Source: an uncultured Chloroflexia bacterium | GTDB taxonomy: Bacteria; Chloroflexota; Limnocylindria; QHBO01 | Assembly: GCA_963814375.1 (NCBI GenBank) | Contig: CAWFCQ010000006.1 | Location: 32,001-96,000 of the forward strand | DNA: 64,000 bases | Direction of reading: 5' to 3' | In this document: one piece after another, positions 50,818 to 60,783 of the stretch | Numbering within the stretch: the stretch's first letter is position 1 | Layout: every line of letters starts with the position of its first letter | The notes under the pieces: model-generated | The model's input: only the letters and a program-made list of their open reading frames with translations | Database searches by the model: none | Told to the model about the DNA's origin: nothing | Made by a program: the position numbers and the translations under genes

Positions 50818-51984
50818 CTACAGGTTGCCGCGCCGGGCCTGCTCGATCTCGATGGCCTCGAACAGCGCCTTGAAGTTGCCGACTCCAAAACCGCGTGAGC
50901 CGTGGCGCTCGATGATCTCGAAGAAGAAGGTCGGCCGATCCTGCACCGGGCGCGTGAAGATCTGGAGCAGGTAGCCCTCCTCGTCGCGATCGGCCTCGAT
51001 GCCAAGCTCCTCCAGCGTGTCGATCGGCACGCCGACGTCGCCGACCCGGTCGGGCAGCGACTCGTAGTAGGCGTGCGGCATGCCCAGGAACTCGACGCCG
51101 CGCTCCCGGAGGAGACGCACCGTGCCGACGATGTCCTCCGTCCGCAGGGCGATGTGCTGCGTCCCGGCGTCGAGGTAGTAGTCGAGGAACTCCTGGATCT
51201 GGCTCTTCTTCTTGCCGGCCGCGGGCTCGTTGATGGGGAACTTGATCCGGCCGTTCCCGTTCTGCATCACCTTGCTCATCAGCGCCGAGTAGTCGGTGTG
51301 GATGACCTTGTCGTCGTAGTGGATGAGCTGGGCGAAACCCAGCGTCTCCTTGTAGAAGTCGACGAATCGGTTCATGTCACCGAGCCCGACGTTGCCGACG
51401 CAGTGATCGACCTCGAGCAGGCTCTGACCGGCAGCTGCCGCCGCGGGGGCGGTGATGCGGTGGTAGCCCGGCGCGAAGGTGCCGTCATAGTCCGACCGAT
51501 CGACGAAGGAGTGGATCACCTCGCCGTAGGTGTGGATCGCGCTTCGGCGCAGGGTTCCCTTCTTGCCCTCGTTCTCGGTCGGCTCGAGCGCGCTTCGCGC
51601 CCCGCGCTTCGTCGTCTCCTCCCACGCGGAGGCCACATCGTCGACCGCGAAGGCGATGTCGTGGACGCCGTCGCCGTGCTTCGCCACGTGCTCGGCGATC
51701 TCGCCATCGGGCGACAGCGGAGCCGTGAAGACGAAGCGGATGTCGTTCTGGACCATCACGAAGCTGGACCGATCCCGCACGCCCGTCTCGAGCCCCGCGT
51801 AGGCCACGGGCGTGAAACCCCACAGGGCGCGGTAGTAGTGCGCGGCCTGCCTGGCGTTGCCGACCCAGAACTCGACGTGGTCGATCCCCTTCAGCGGCAG
51901 GAAGTCCTGCGCCTCGGCGGCCGCATTCGGATTGATGATCGCGCCGGCCTGGTTGGCGGCGCCGCGCGGGAGCGTATCGGTCAT
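50818..51984 (-). CDS. hppD: 4-hydroxyphenylpyruvate dioxygenase
   Basis: DHVEFWVGNA.QAA, DHCVGN, QHIAL, LLQIFT, GFG.GNFKALF. Confidence 0.96.
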   Translation of the reverse strand: MTDTLPRGAANQAGAIINPNAAAEAQDFLPLKGIDHVEFWVGNARQAAHYYRALWGFTPVAYAGLETGVRDRSSFVMVQNDIRFVFTAPLSPDGEIAEHVAKHGDGVHDIAFAVDDVASAWEETTKRGARSALEPTENEGKKGTLRRSAIHTYGEVIHSFVDRSDYDGTFAPGYHRITAPAAAAAGQSLLEVDHCVGNVGLGDMNRFVDFYKETLGFAQLIHYDDKVIHTDYSALMSKVMQNGNGRIKFPINEPAAGKKKSQIQEFLDYYLDAGTQHIALRTEDIVGTVRLLRERGVEFLGMPHAYYESLPDRVGDVGVPIDTLEELGIEADRDEEGYLLQIFTRPVQDRPTFFFEIIERHGSRGFGVGNFKALFEAIEIEQARRGNL

Positions 51985-51995
51985 GGCTCGCGAGT

Positions 51996-52731
51996 CTACC
52001 GCAGGACCGATGCCGTCCCAGCCTCGAGTGCCACGCCGATCATGCGGTCGATCGCCCGATCCAGCTCGTCGAGCGGCAGGTAGCTTTCCTCGGTGGTGAC
52101 GTCGTCGCCGAGGACGTCACTGATCGTCAGCGCGCACGCCGCCTGGACGCCCGCGCGGGCCGCCAGGAAGAAGAGCGCTGACGCCTCCATCTCGAAGGCC
52201 AGCACGCCGCGATCGCGCCAGCGCTGGGCGTAGTCGGCATCGGTGTTGTAGAAGACATCGACCGATGCGACGAGCCCCGTGCGAGCCTCAACTCCCGCTG
52301 CGCCCGGCTGCATCCACCAGCGCCCGCGTCAGGCCGAAGTCGGCGGCGGGGGCATAGGCCTCGCCATGGAGGTAGGTCTGGGTGGCGCCGTCAACCGGGC
52401 ACGCCGCGGTGGCGATCACCAGCTCCCCGGTCTTCATGCCCTTGGCGATGCCGCCGCAGGTTCCCACGCGGATGAGGCGCTTCGCCCCGAGTCGCAACAG
52501 CTCCTCGACGACGATGCTCAGGCTCGGCGTGCCCATGCCGCTGGTCTGGACGCTCACCGGGACGCCGTTGAAGGTGCCGGTGAAGCCGAAGAGGCCGCGG
52601 TGATCGTTGACCTGCTTCACCGAGCCGGCGTCAAAGCGCTCGCTGATTCGGCGAGATCGGTTGGGGTCGCCGGGAAGGAGGACCAGGGGGGCATAGTCAC
52701 CCTCATCGGCGCGGAGGTGGATCTGTGGCAT
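51996..52731 (-). CDS. deoD: Purine nucleoside phosphorylase (DeoD-type), frameshift near 52290
   Basis: LLPGDP.R, GMG.PS, RVGTCG; D.FY, EMEA, ISD in shifted frame. Confidence 0.85.
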
Positions 52732-52776
52732 GTGGCTAGCGTACAGAATGGCGCATCACGTGCATGGTGAGCGTCT

Positions 52777-53673
52777 GTGAGCAAGTCGCGCCCGGCCCGG
52801 ACGGACTCAGCCAAGGCCACGCTTCGCGACCTTGTGCGCGCGGCTGGCGGCGGCCTCCTGATCGGGCTGCCGCTCCTCTTCACGATGGAGATGTGGTGGC
52901 ACTCCTTCCTCCTCCCGTCGTGGAAGATCATCGTCCTGATTGGCGTCGCCTTCGTGGTCGTGATCGGCTACTCCGCGCTGAGTGGATTCAGGCGCGATCG
53001 GACATGGCGCGAGCTGCTCATCGACTCGGTGGAAACGATGGGCATCGCCGCGGTAGTGTCGACCGCGGCTCTGCTGCTGCTGGGCAGGATCGGCATCGAG
53101 ACCGGGCTGCGCGACGCCATCGGCAAGGTAGCGCTCGAGATGATCCCGGTCGCATTCGGCGTGTCGCTGGCGGCGACGCAGCTCGCGTCGGCGGATGACG
53201 ATCCTGAGGAACAGGGCAGCGCCGTAGGCGACGGGGCCGGCGTCGGCGCCTTCGGGCGCCTCTTCATCGCGGCGGGCGCAGCCCTGTTGTTCGCGCTCAA
53301 CATCGCGCCCACCGAGGAGCCGATGATCCTGGGGATCGAGGCCGATTGGTGGGCGCTGCTGCTCGTGATCCCCGCCTCGATGGCCATGACGTTCGCGATC
53401 GTGTTCTATGCCGACTTCCGCGGCGGCCGTTCGCTCGACGTCGGCGACGGCCCGCTGGACCATCCGCTGACCGAGACGATCGTTGCCTACACGATCAGCC
53501 TGCTCGTCAGCCTCCTGCTCCTGTGGGCCTTCGGACGGACCGACGGTGTCTCGCCGCCGGCGATCGCCGGGCAGACGATCCTCCTCGCCGTGGTCGCGTC
53601 GTTCGGTGCGGCGGCGGGACGGTTGCTTTTGGGCGGCAGCAATAGCACGCAACGGCCATCGGAGGCGACGTAG
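52777..53673 (+). CDS. TIGR02587 (DUF2391) membrane protein
   Basis: GG.L.G.PLL.TME.W, NIAPTEE. Confidence 0.82.
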   Translation: MSKSRPARTDSAKATLRDLVRAAGGGLLIGLPLLFTMEMWWHSFLLPSWKIIVLIGVAFVVVIGYSALSGFRRDRTWRELLIDSVETMGIAAVVSTAALLLLGRIGIETGLRDAIGKVALEMIPVAFGVSLAATQLASADDDPEEQGSAVGDGAGVGAFGRLFIAAGAALLFALNIAPTEEPMILGIEADWWALLLVIPASMAMTFAIVFYADFRGGRSLDVGDGPLDHPLTETIVAYTISLLVSLLLLWAFGRTDGVSPPAIAGQTILLAVVASFGAAAGRLLLGGSNSTQRPSEAT

Positions 53674-53676
53674 CAG

Positions 53677-54051
53677 GTGCGACAGAATTGGCTCGAATGG
53701 GTCGTCCTCGGCGTCAGCGTCGCGGCGGTCATCGGCCTGGTCGGGTTTCTGCTCATCGACGGCATCACGGACCAGGGCCGCCCGCCGACTCCAGCCGTCG
53801 AGCTGATGACCGACGCCGCCTACGACACTCCCGAGGGCTGGGTCCTGCCCGCCGTGGCGACGAACGAAGGGGATGTGGCCGCCGAAGAACTCGCTTTCCG
53901 CGTGACCGCAACGGTCGAGGGTGTCGAAGAGGAGAGCGAGGTTGCGATCGACTTCCTCCCGGCGGGCAGTGACGTGGAGATCTCGTTCGGGTTCAGCGGC
54001 CCGCCGGACGGCGAAGTCACCGTGACGCTGGTGGGCTTCCGGCTACCCTGA
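53677..54051 (+). CDS. TIGR02588-like protein
   Basis: NWLEW.V.GVS, N.G..AA, IDFLP; usual partner of TIGR02587. Confidence 0.75.
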   Translation: MRQNWLEWVVLGVSVAAVIGLVGFLLIDGITDQGRPPTPAVELMTDAAYDTPEGWVLPAVATNEGDVAAEELAFRVTATVEGVEEESEVAIDFLPAGSDVEISFGFSGPPDGEVTVTLVGFRLP

Positions 54052-54056
54052 CACCT

Positions 54057-54887
54057 GTGACCAGCCGATGGGCCGATGAGCTCGCGTTCGCCACCGAGCT
54101 CGCCCGCCGAGCCGGATCCCTGCTCGTCGACAGCTACGAGCGGCTCGAGCAGATCGACTACAAGAGCAAGCGCGACGTCGTCACGAACGCCGACTACGCC
54201 TCCGAGAAGCTCGTCATCGACGCGATCCGCACGACCTTCGATGGCGATGCGATCCTGGCCGAGGAGTCGGGCGAGCATGCCGGCGTCCTGCGCGACGATG
54301 GCTCGCACAACGGCCGGACGTGGGTGATCGACCCGCTGGACGGCACCGTCAACTACGCGAACGGCATTCCGTTCTACTGCGTCAGCATCGGTCTTGTGGT
54401 GGACGACCGGCCGACGGTGGGCGTGATCTTTGACCCGGCTCGCGACGACATGTACACCGCCGCGGTCGACGGGCCGGCCTGCCTCGACGGTGAGGCGGTC
54501 CGCGCCTCGACCAAGGAAACCCTGTCCGACTACGTCGTCAGCCTCGCCGTCATTGGACGTGGCGGCCTCGCGCGAGAGCGACGGATCACCCCGCAGATCC
54601 GAATCCATCGGCGCATGGGGAGCGCGGCGCTGGCACTCGCCTACGTCGCCAACGGGCGCTTCGACGCCTTCGTCCAGAACGGCGGCCTATCGCCCTGGGA
54701 CGTCGCCGCCGCCGGTCTCATCGCGGAGCGGTCGGGCGCGGTCGTCACCGACCTCACCGGCGGGCCATGGTGGAACCCGGCGCTGCGTGGCCCGCGCACC
54801 AGCGTCGTGGCGGCGCCGGCGGCGCAGCATCAGCCGCTGCTGGCTGCGCTGGCGGCGGAGAAGACGACCGTCCAGACCCGACGCTAG
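54057..54887 (+). CDS. Inositol monophosphatase family protein
   Basis: D.VT.AD..SE, WVIDPLDGTVNY, GSAAL, WDVAAAGLI. Confidence 0.93.
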   Translation: MTSRWADELAFATELARRAGSLLVDSYERLEQIDYKSKRDVVTNADYASEKLVIDAIRTTFDGDAILAEESGEHAGVLRDDGSHNGRTWVIDPLDGTVNYANGIPFYCVSIGLVVDDRPTVGVIFDPARDDMYTAAVDGPACLDGEAVRASTKETLSDYVVSLAVIGRGGLARERRITPQIRIHRRMGSAALALAYVANGRFDAFVQNGGLSPWDVAAAGLIAERSGAVVTDLTGGPWWNPALRGPRTSVVAAPAAQHQPLLAALAAEKTTVQTRR

Positions 54888-55543
54888 GCGCCGTCGAGGA
54901 CCGTCGCGAGCATCCCGAGAGTCATCGCCGTGGCGCCCCACACGACGACCCCGCCATATCGGTACGCGCCGGCTCGCAGCCGGACGCCGCGCACGTCGAT
55001 CTCCTCGACACCGAGCACATCGGGGTCCCAGAGGGCGGCCAGCGGCAGCTCGACGATTGCGGTGACCTCGGCGTCGTGCGGAACGAGCGTCGGCCGCTCG
55101 GCGAGGGTCCCGACGAACGGCCGCAGCTCGAAGTTGCTGACGGGGATCCACACGTCGTCGAGCGCGCCGGCGATCGTGACGTCGGCCGGCGGGAGCCCGA
55201 CCTCCTCCCACGCCTCGCGCAGCGCTGCTGCCTGGTGCGAGACGTCGGTCTCGTCGACGGCGCCGCCGGGCAGCGAGACCTCGCCGGCGTGGGAGCGCAG
55301 GTCGCCATGGCGGACGGTCAGCGGCACGGTGAGCTCGCCGTCGTCGCCGGGGTAGATCGCCAACAGCGTCGAGGCCGGTCGCGCCGGGGGAAACGTGCTC
55401 CGGTCGTAGGTGTTCCTGCGGACCTCGCCGTCGAGGCTGCGCGGCAGGAGGCGCTCGTCGCGGGGGATCGGCCGCGGCGTGCTGGCCAGCACCTCGGCGA
55501 TGGCTTTCGCCCATCCGCTGCCGGCGGCTAAGATGCGATCCAT
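54884..55543 (-). CDS. Nudix CoA pyrophosphatase family protein (start uncertain)
   Basis: HAGEVSLPGG......AALREAWEEVGL, VWGATA. Confidence 0.88.
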   Translation of the reverse strand: MDRILAAGSGWAKAIAEVLASTPRPIPRDERLLPRSLDGEVRRNTYDRSTFPPARPASTLLAIYPGDDGELTVPLTVRHGDLRSHAGEVSLPGGAVDETDVSHQAAALREAWEEVGLPPADVTIAGALDDVWIPVSNFELRPFVGTLAERPTLVPHDAEVTAIVELPLAALWDPDVLGVEEIDVRGVRLRAGAYRYGGVVVWGATAMTLGMLATVLDGA

Positions 55544-56248
55544 ATGACCCAGGCCCACCTCGATCGTGACGGTCGTGTCCGCGACGCCATCTATCGCACC
55601 CGCCTCCTCGTCAACCGTACCCCCCATTTCAACAAGGCGACACGCAAGGAGGCAAACCGGGCTCTGGACATCCTCGACCGCCAGCTGGGCCTGAACCAGG
55701 TCAACGCAGTCGAGGCGTCCCGCGGCATCGAGATGCTCAACCGGGCGCACTCGTCGCTGACGTTCGGGCTCCTGCGCAGCCAGGACTTCGCCGATCGCTT
55801 CGCCGCCGCGCTTCGGCGGCTGGGCCTGCGCAGCATCAATGACCGGCTGGACGAGGTCCCGGCGTCGGTGATGGCGCTGCCGATCCACGGCCCGCTCGGC
55901 GCGCGAGAGCATCGCGACGACCTCGTGGCCGAAGAGCGCGTCGACGCGCAGGGCAACCCCCTGCCACCCCTACCCGGCTTCGGGACGCTGCGCACGGCGG
56001 AGCTCGCCGGCACGGCCCGGCCGGCCGGCCAATCCGCCGCGGAACGAGGAAGGAGTCAGCAGGTGCGGGGCTTTCACGCGTTTGCGCTGTGGGTGGCGAT
56101 CATCGGGCTGCTCGCCATCGCGGCGATCACCGTGGTCGAGGGCTTCCAGGACGGCTTCAGCCTCTGGGACTGGCTCGTCATCGGCGTGGCGGCGCTCGCC
56201 GTCCTCATCGGTGTCGTGGCGTCGATCGGAGCGCTGATCAGGCGCTGA
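55544..56248 (+). CDS. Hypothetical protein with 2 C-terminal TM
   Basis: Coding-like ORF; TAAGAT 9 nt upstream. Confidence 0.6.
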   Translation: MTQAHLDRDGRVRDAIYRTRLLVNRTPHFNKATRKEANRALDILDRQLGLNQVNAVEASRGIEMLNRAHSSLTFGLLRSQDFADRFAAALRRLGLRSINDRLDEVPASVMALPIHGPLGAREHRDDLVAEERVDAQGNPLPPLPGFGTLRTAELAGTARPAGQSAAERGRSQQVRGFHAFALWVAIIGLLAIAAITVVEGFQDGFSLWDWLVIGVAALAVLIGVVASIGALIRR

Positions 56249-57044
56249 GGGCGCGGATCAGGTCGGCGTCGGTTGGCGTGGACCCCAATCCGAGGCGCTG
56301 GCCCACCGTGGCTGCCAGCGGAGGCTCGAGATAGGTCGAGCGCAACGCTTCCCACGATTGCTCCGCGAACACCGATGCTGGCGGGCCATCGAGGATGACG
56401 CGACCCGCCCCCATCACCACCACCCGCTCGAACGTCTCGGCCACGAAGCGCATGTCGTGGCTGATGGCAATGACGGTTCGCCCGGACGCCGCGGCCGACT
56501 CGACGATGGTGCGCACGCGCGCGACGCCCCGTGCGTCCTGGCCGGTTGTGGGCTCGTCGAGGATGAGGACCGGCGTCTCCATCGCGAGGACGGAGGCGAG
56601 GGAGAGGAGCTTGCGGCGCGCAGCCCCGAGGTCGTAGGGATTCGTGCGCTCCTCGCCGGCCAACCCGGCCGCCTCAAGCGCCACCCGTACCACGTGGTGC
56701 AGCTCGTCTCCCGAGCGTCCCAGATTGCGCGGGCCGAACTCGACCTCGGCCCGGACCGAGCCGGCGAAGATCTGCCGATCTGGGTCCTGGAAGACCAGGC
56801 CCACGCGATGTGCGAGCTCTGCGACGGTCATGCCGGCCGCGTCCGCCCCGCCGATGGTGACGCGCCCCTGGGTGGGACGCAGCAGACCGTTCAGATGGCG
56901 CACGAGGGTCGTCTTCCCGCTGCCGTTCTGGCCCACGAGCGCGACACGCTCGCCGGAGTCGATCTCCAGGTCCACCCCGTCGAGCGCGCGGACGGCGCCG
57001 TCGCGATAGACGTGGACGAGTCCTTCGGCGCGAAGCTCAGCCAC
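56238..57044 (-). CDS. ECF transporter ATPase (A component)
   Basis: GQNGSGKT, VFQDPD.Q, LILDEPT.GQD, SHD. Confidence 0.9.
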   Translation of the reverse strand: MAELRAEGLVHVYRDGAVRALDGVDLEIDSGERVALVGQNGSGKTTLVRHLNGLLRPTQGRVTIGGADAAGMTVAELAHRVGLVFQDPDRQIFAGSVRAEVEFGPRNLGRSGDELHHVVRVALEAAGLAGEERTNPYDLGAARRKLLSLASVLAMETPVLILDEPTTGQDARGVARVRTIVESAAASGRTVIAISHDMRFVAETFERVVVMGAGRVILDGPPASVFAEQSWEALRSTYLEPPLAATVGQRLGLGSTPTDADLIRALSA

Positions 57045-57858
57045 GGAGCGCCTCCGCCAGGAGATCGGGGTCGACGCCCGCATCGGCAGCGATGCGTCGC
57101 AGGCCGACTGTTGCCGGCGGCTCGACGCCCAGGTCGACGAGGGTCGGGTCGGCCAGCACCTCCGCGGCCGGACCGCGCAACCCGATGCGACCGCCCTGGA
57201 GCACTACCACCTCCGCGGCAACCGAGGCCAGCAGATCCGCCTTCTGCTCGACCACCAGGATGCTGGCCCCATCTTCCGCCAGCCGTGCGATCGCCTCGGC
57301 GACGAGCCGGGTTCCGGCCGGGTCGAGCTGCGCGGTCGGCTCGTCGAGGATGAGATGCTTCGGGCGCATCGCCAGGAGGCCGGCGATGGCTACGAGCTGC
57401 TGCTGGCCGCCCGAGAGCCGGGCCGGGTCACGCTCGGCGAGTCCGTCGATGCGCATCGCCGCCAGCGCCTCCCACGTGCGCTCGATGACCTGGCCACGGT
57501 CGATGCCGTGGTTCATCGGTCCGAAGGCGACCTCCTCGAATACCGTCGACGCGACCTGGGAGAGCTGGGTCGCCGGGTTCTGGAAGGAGATCCCGATGTG
57601 CTGGCTGAGCCGATGCATCGGCCATGCGTCGACGTCCTCGCCGTCGAGCGCGACGCGACCGCGGATGCGGCCGCCGATTGCCCGCGGCGCCAGGCCGCTC
57701 GCAACCAGGCACAGCGTGGTCTTGCCCGACTCGGAGGCACCGGCAACGCCGATGATCGCGCCATCGGTCAGCTCCAGGTCGATATCGAGCAGCGCGGCAC
57801 TCGAGGCTCCGGCATAGCGGTAGCCGACGCCGGCAAGCGTGAGCGTCACGCCAGCCAC
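57037..57858 (-). CDS. ECF transporter ATPase (A' component)
   Basis: GASESGKT, LSGGQQQ, LDEPT.QLD. Confidence 0.9.
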   Translation of the reverse strand: MAGVTLTLAGVGYRYAGASSAALLDIDLELTDGAIIGVAGASESGKTTLCLVASGLAPRAIGGRIRGRVALDGEDVDAWPMHRLSQHIGISFQNPATQLSQVASTVFEEVAFGPMNHGIDRGQVIERTWEALAAMRIDGLAERDPARLSGGQQQLVAIAGLLAMRPKHLILDEPTAQLDPAGTRLVAEAIARLAEDGASILVVEQKADLLASVAAEVVVLQGGRIGLRGPAAEVLADPTLVDLGVEPPATVGLRRIAADAGVDPDLLAEALRG

Positions 57859-58673
57859 CCGGTGATCCGGAGGCCGATGAGCGCAGCCAGCCCGGCGACC
57901 ATTGCCCAGCGCGCCGCGGCCTGCAACCCGGAGTCGGCGGGTGCCCAGAGGAGCGTCCGGCGTCCGGGCCGTCCGAAGCCCCGCGCCTCGAGCGCAAGGG
58001 TGCGTTCCTCGACTTCCGAGATGGCGCCCAGGATCACCGGCCCGACGATCGGCACGATCCCACGCACGCGACGCCAGACGGACCCTTCCGTGTCGAGCCC
58101 GCGGGCACGCTGAGCCGCTGTGATCTGGGCCGCGCGCTCAACCATCGCGGGGACCGTCTGCACCGATGCATTAGCCACGAAGCCAATTCGTGAGCTCACC
58201 CCGCGACGCTCGAGGTCCAGGACCAGGTCCGCCGGCCGGGTCGTCAGGTAGAAGAGCGTGACCGCGCCGCTGATCGCGAGGATGCGGACGAGGATTTCGA
58301 CCGCGAAGGCCAGTCCTTCCGCGGTCGCCGTGATCGGCCCGATCGCGAACAGCACCGTCTCCCCGCCGGGAAAGAAGAAGAGGTTCACGAGCACGGCCGA
58401 GACCGCGATCGGCAGCGAGAGGAGGAGGGTCGTGCGGAGGAGCCCACGGAGCACGCCCGCCACGATCGCCGGGGCCAGGATGGCGGCCCCGACGAGAACG
58501 AGCGGGCCGACGAGGCCGCCCAGGACGACCGCCGCGATCGCGGTGGCGGTCGCCAGCGTCGCCTTCGTCAGCGGGTTGAGCCGATGGAATGAGCTCGGGC
58601 CGGGCCGTCCGACGACGTCAGGCATCCCCCGCGCGGTGGGGGCGGCAGCGCTCAGGCGGTCGCTCCCCTCCAC
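57846..58673 (-). CDS. ECF transporter T component (start uncertain)
   Basis: LNP.TK, AQRARG and ALEARGF motifs. Confidence 0.9.
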   Translation of the reverse strand: MEGSDRLSAAAPTARGMPDVVGRPGPSSFHRLNPLTKATLATATAIAAVVLGGLVGPLVLVGAAILAPAIVAGVLRGLLRTTLLLSLPIAVSAVLVNLFFFPGGETVLFAIGPITATAEGLAFAVEILVRILAISGAVTLFYLTTRPADLVLDLERRGVSSRIGFVANASVQTVPAMVERAAQITAAQRARGLDTEGSVWRRVRGIVPIVGPVILGAISEVEERTLALEARGFGRPGRRTLLWAPADSGLQAAARWAMVAGLAALIGLRITGWLA

Positions 58674-59758
58674 TCGCCCTCCTCGCCGGGGCCCTCGATC
58701 TCCCCGGGCTCGATGAGCTGCTCACCCTGCGGGAAACGAGCCTTCGTGCGATTGGCCATCGCCGACAGGATCAGGTAGACGACGAAGAACGTCGTGATCT
58801 TGTCGATCGGGTCGCTGATGAGCCCCTGCCCCAGCGTTGCCGCCCCGATGTCAGCCCCACCCTGGCGGAACGCGGCCACGAGAAAGTCGGTGCCGGAACC
58901 GGTCACCCCGCCGAACACGCCGGCGGCGATGGGGGCGCTGATCAGCGCCGCCACGATCCCGGTCACCATCCCGGCAACGACGACGTACGTCGCGGTCAGG
59001 TCGCGCCGGATGATGAGGAGGGCGAAGACGCCGACGACGGTGATGAGCACGAGCCCGAGGGCCACCCAGCCGAGGATGACGAAGATCGTGTTGTCCGAGG
59101 TCGGCGCGAGGCTCGCCGGGCCGATGGCCGCCGTGTACCCGAGGTACCCGACGTAGGCCAGCAGCCCCACGATGACGGCCGTGACGGCTCCACCGATGGC
59201 CAGCTCGCCGACCGGACGGTCCAGCCGCGGCCGCATGACGCCGCGCTGGCCGGCGACGCCGGCGAGGAGACCGATGACGGCGGCGACGATCGCGAATGCC
59301 GCAGCCGGCGGGTACTGGAATGGCGGCGGGATGACGTACGCCCACAGCAGGTTGGCGAGCAGGCCGGTGGCGGCGCCGGCGAGCGGCCCGGCGAGGACAC
59401 CTACCAGGATCGTACCGATCGAGTCGAGATAGATCGGGATCTTGAGAGCCGCGGCAACGGTCTGGCCCAGGATGATGTTGAGCGCGATGGCGATCGGCAT
59501 GAGGATCAGCGTGCGCGTCGTGAACTGGCGTGTCGCCGACGCGATGCTGCCGGTCTGGACACGCTCCACCACGAGGTACACCGCGATGGCGACGAGCAGC
59601 GCGACGCTCAGGACGAGCGCGAGCACATCCGCGACGGCCTGGTAGGCGAAGGTCACGGGATCGGCCTCGCCGGGGTCGGGGATCCCGCCCGCCAGGGCGA
59701 CTCCGGCCCCGACGACGATCGCGAACGCGACCAGCGCCGCGACCCAACGAATGATCAT
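58652..59758 (-). CDS. ECF transporter substrate-specific S component
   Basis: IAIALN, L..PIYLDSIGT....LAGP..G, GG.TG.G, D..DK. Confidence 0.82.
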   Translation of the reverse strand: MIIRWVAALVAFAIVVGAGVALAGGIPDPGEADPVTFAYQAVADVLALVLSVALLVAIAVYLVVERVQTGSIASATRQFTTRTLILMPIAIALNIILGQTVAAALKIPIYLDSIGTILVGVLAGPLAGAATGLLANLLWAYVIPPPFQYPPAAAFAIVAAVIGLLAGVAGQRGVMRPRLDRPVGELAIGGAVTAVIVGLLAYVGYLGYTAAIGPASLAPTSDNTIFVILGWVALGLVLITVVGVFALLIIRRDLTATYVVVAGMVTGIVAALISAPIAAGVFGGVTGSGTDFLVAAFRQGGADIGAATLGQGLISDPIDKITTFFVVYLILSAMANRTKARFPQGEQLIEPGEIEGPGEEGEWRGATA

Positions 59759-59789
59759 GAGATGACCCTCCTCCAGTTCCGGTGGCGTC

Positions 59790-60776
59790 TCAGCTATACG
59801 GGGCGCTGACCGCGCGGCTCAGGCGCGTGATGAGCTCGGCCTTCATCCCATCGGCGTCGATGGCGGTGGCAACCCGCACCGGACGCCGGTCGGCATCGTC
59901 GACGCGATACAGGCTGCCGGCGAGGTACGCATCGGTGCTCGTGTCGCAGGCCAGGGTTTCGGTCACGGTCTCGGTCACGAGGTCGGGCCGCAGGAGGGCC
60001 GCGATGACGACGACCGGGTCGTGCAGGTAGGCGCCGTCGATTCCGTCCGCCTTCTTGTGGAAGCCGACGTAGAAGCGGACCGCGTCCCGAACGACGCCGG
60101 CGAGGTGGGTGTCGGGCAACGCCTTCAGATCGTCCATCGTGAAGACGACGTCCTGGGTCGCATCCAGCGGAAAGATCCGATGCAGGGCACCGGCCCCCAG
60201 GCACACCTCCGCCGCTTCGGGGTCGACGCACGCGTTCCACTCGCCGGTCTCGGTCGTGTTGCCGCGCTCCTCGAGCGTGCCCCCCATCCAGATCACGTCG
60301 TGTGCCCCGCCCGCCAGGTCGACACCGTGCTGCGTCGCCGCCGCCAGGTTCGTCAGCGGGCCGAGCGCGACGATCGTCACCTCCCCAGGGTGGCGGGTGA
60401 CGTGCGCGCCGATGTAGCGGCTGGCGGGGATGGCCGTGTACTCGGTCGTCCCGAGCTGGCGGTCCTCGCCGCGCAGCTCGACGAAGCCGGTGCCCGTTGG
60501 GCCGTGCGTGTCCGGCGCAGTTCGCAGGCGGCGCTGAAGGGGCCGCGCCGCGCCGATGCTGACCGGGACGTCGCCGCGGCCGACCATGCGCAGGAGCTTG
60601 CCGGTGTTGCGTGCGACGTGGTGGATCTCGACGTTGCCGGCGACGCAGGTGACGCCGCGCAGGTTGAGCTCGGGGCTGGTGGCGGCGATGAGCAGGGCGA
60701 TCATGTCGTCGATCCCGGTGTCAACGTCCAGCACGAGCGGACGCTGCGCGGACTGCGGGGACTCGTCGGTCGCCAT
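59790..60776 (-). CDS. Inosine/uridine-preferring nucleoside hydrolase
   Basis: DVDTGIDD, GN, LGPLTNLA, MGG, EWN...DP, HDP. Confidence 0.92.
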   Translation of the reverse strand: MATDESPQSAQRPLVLDVDTGIDDMIALLIAATSPELNLRGVTCVAGNVEIHHVARNTGKLLRMVGRGDVPVSIGAARPLQRRLRTAPDTHGPTGTGFVELRGEDRQLGTTEYTAIPASRYIGAHVTRHPGEVTIVALGPLTNLAAATQHGVDLAGGAHDVIWMGGTLEERGNTTETGEWNACVDPEAAEVCLGAGALHRIFPLDATQDVVFTMDDLKALPDTHLAGVVRDAVRFYVGFHKKADGIDGAYLHDPVVVIAALLRPDLVTETVTETLACDTSTDAYLAGSLYRVDDADRRPVRVATAIDADGMKAELITRLSRAVSAPYS

Positions 60777-60783
60777 CGGCGGC

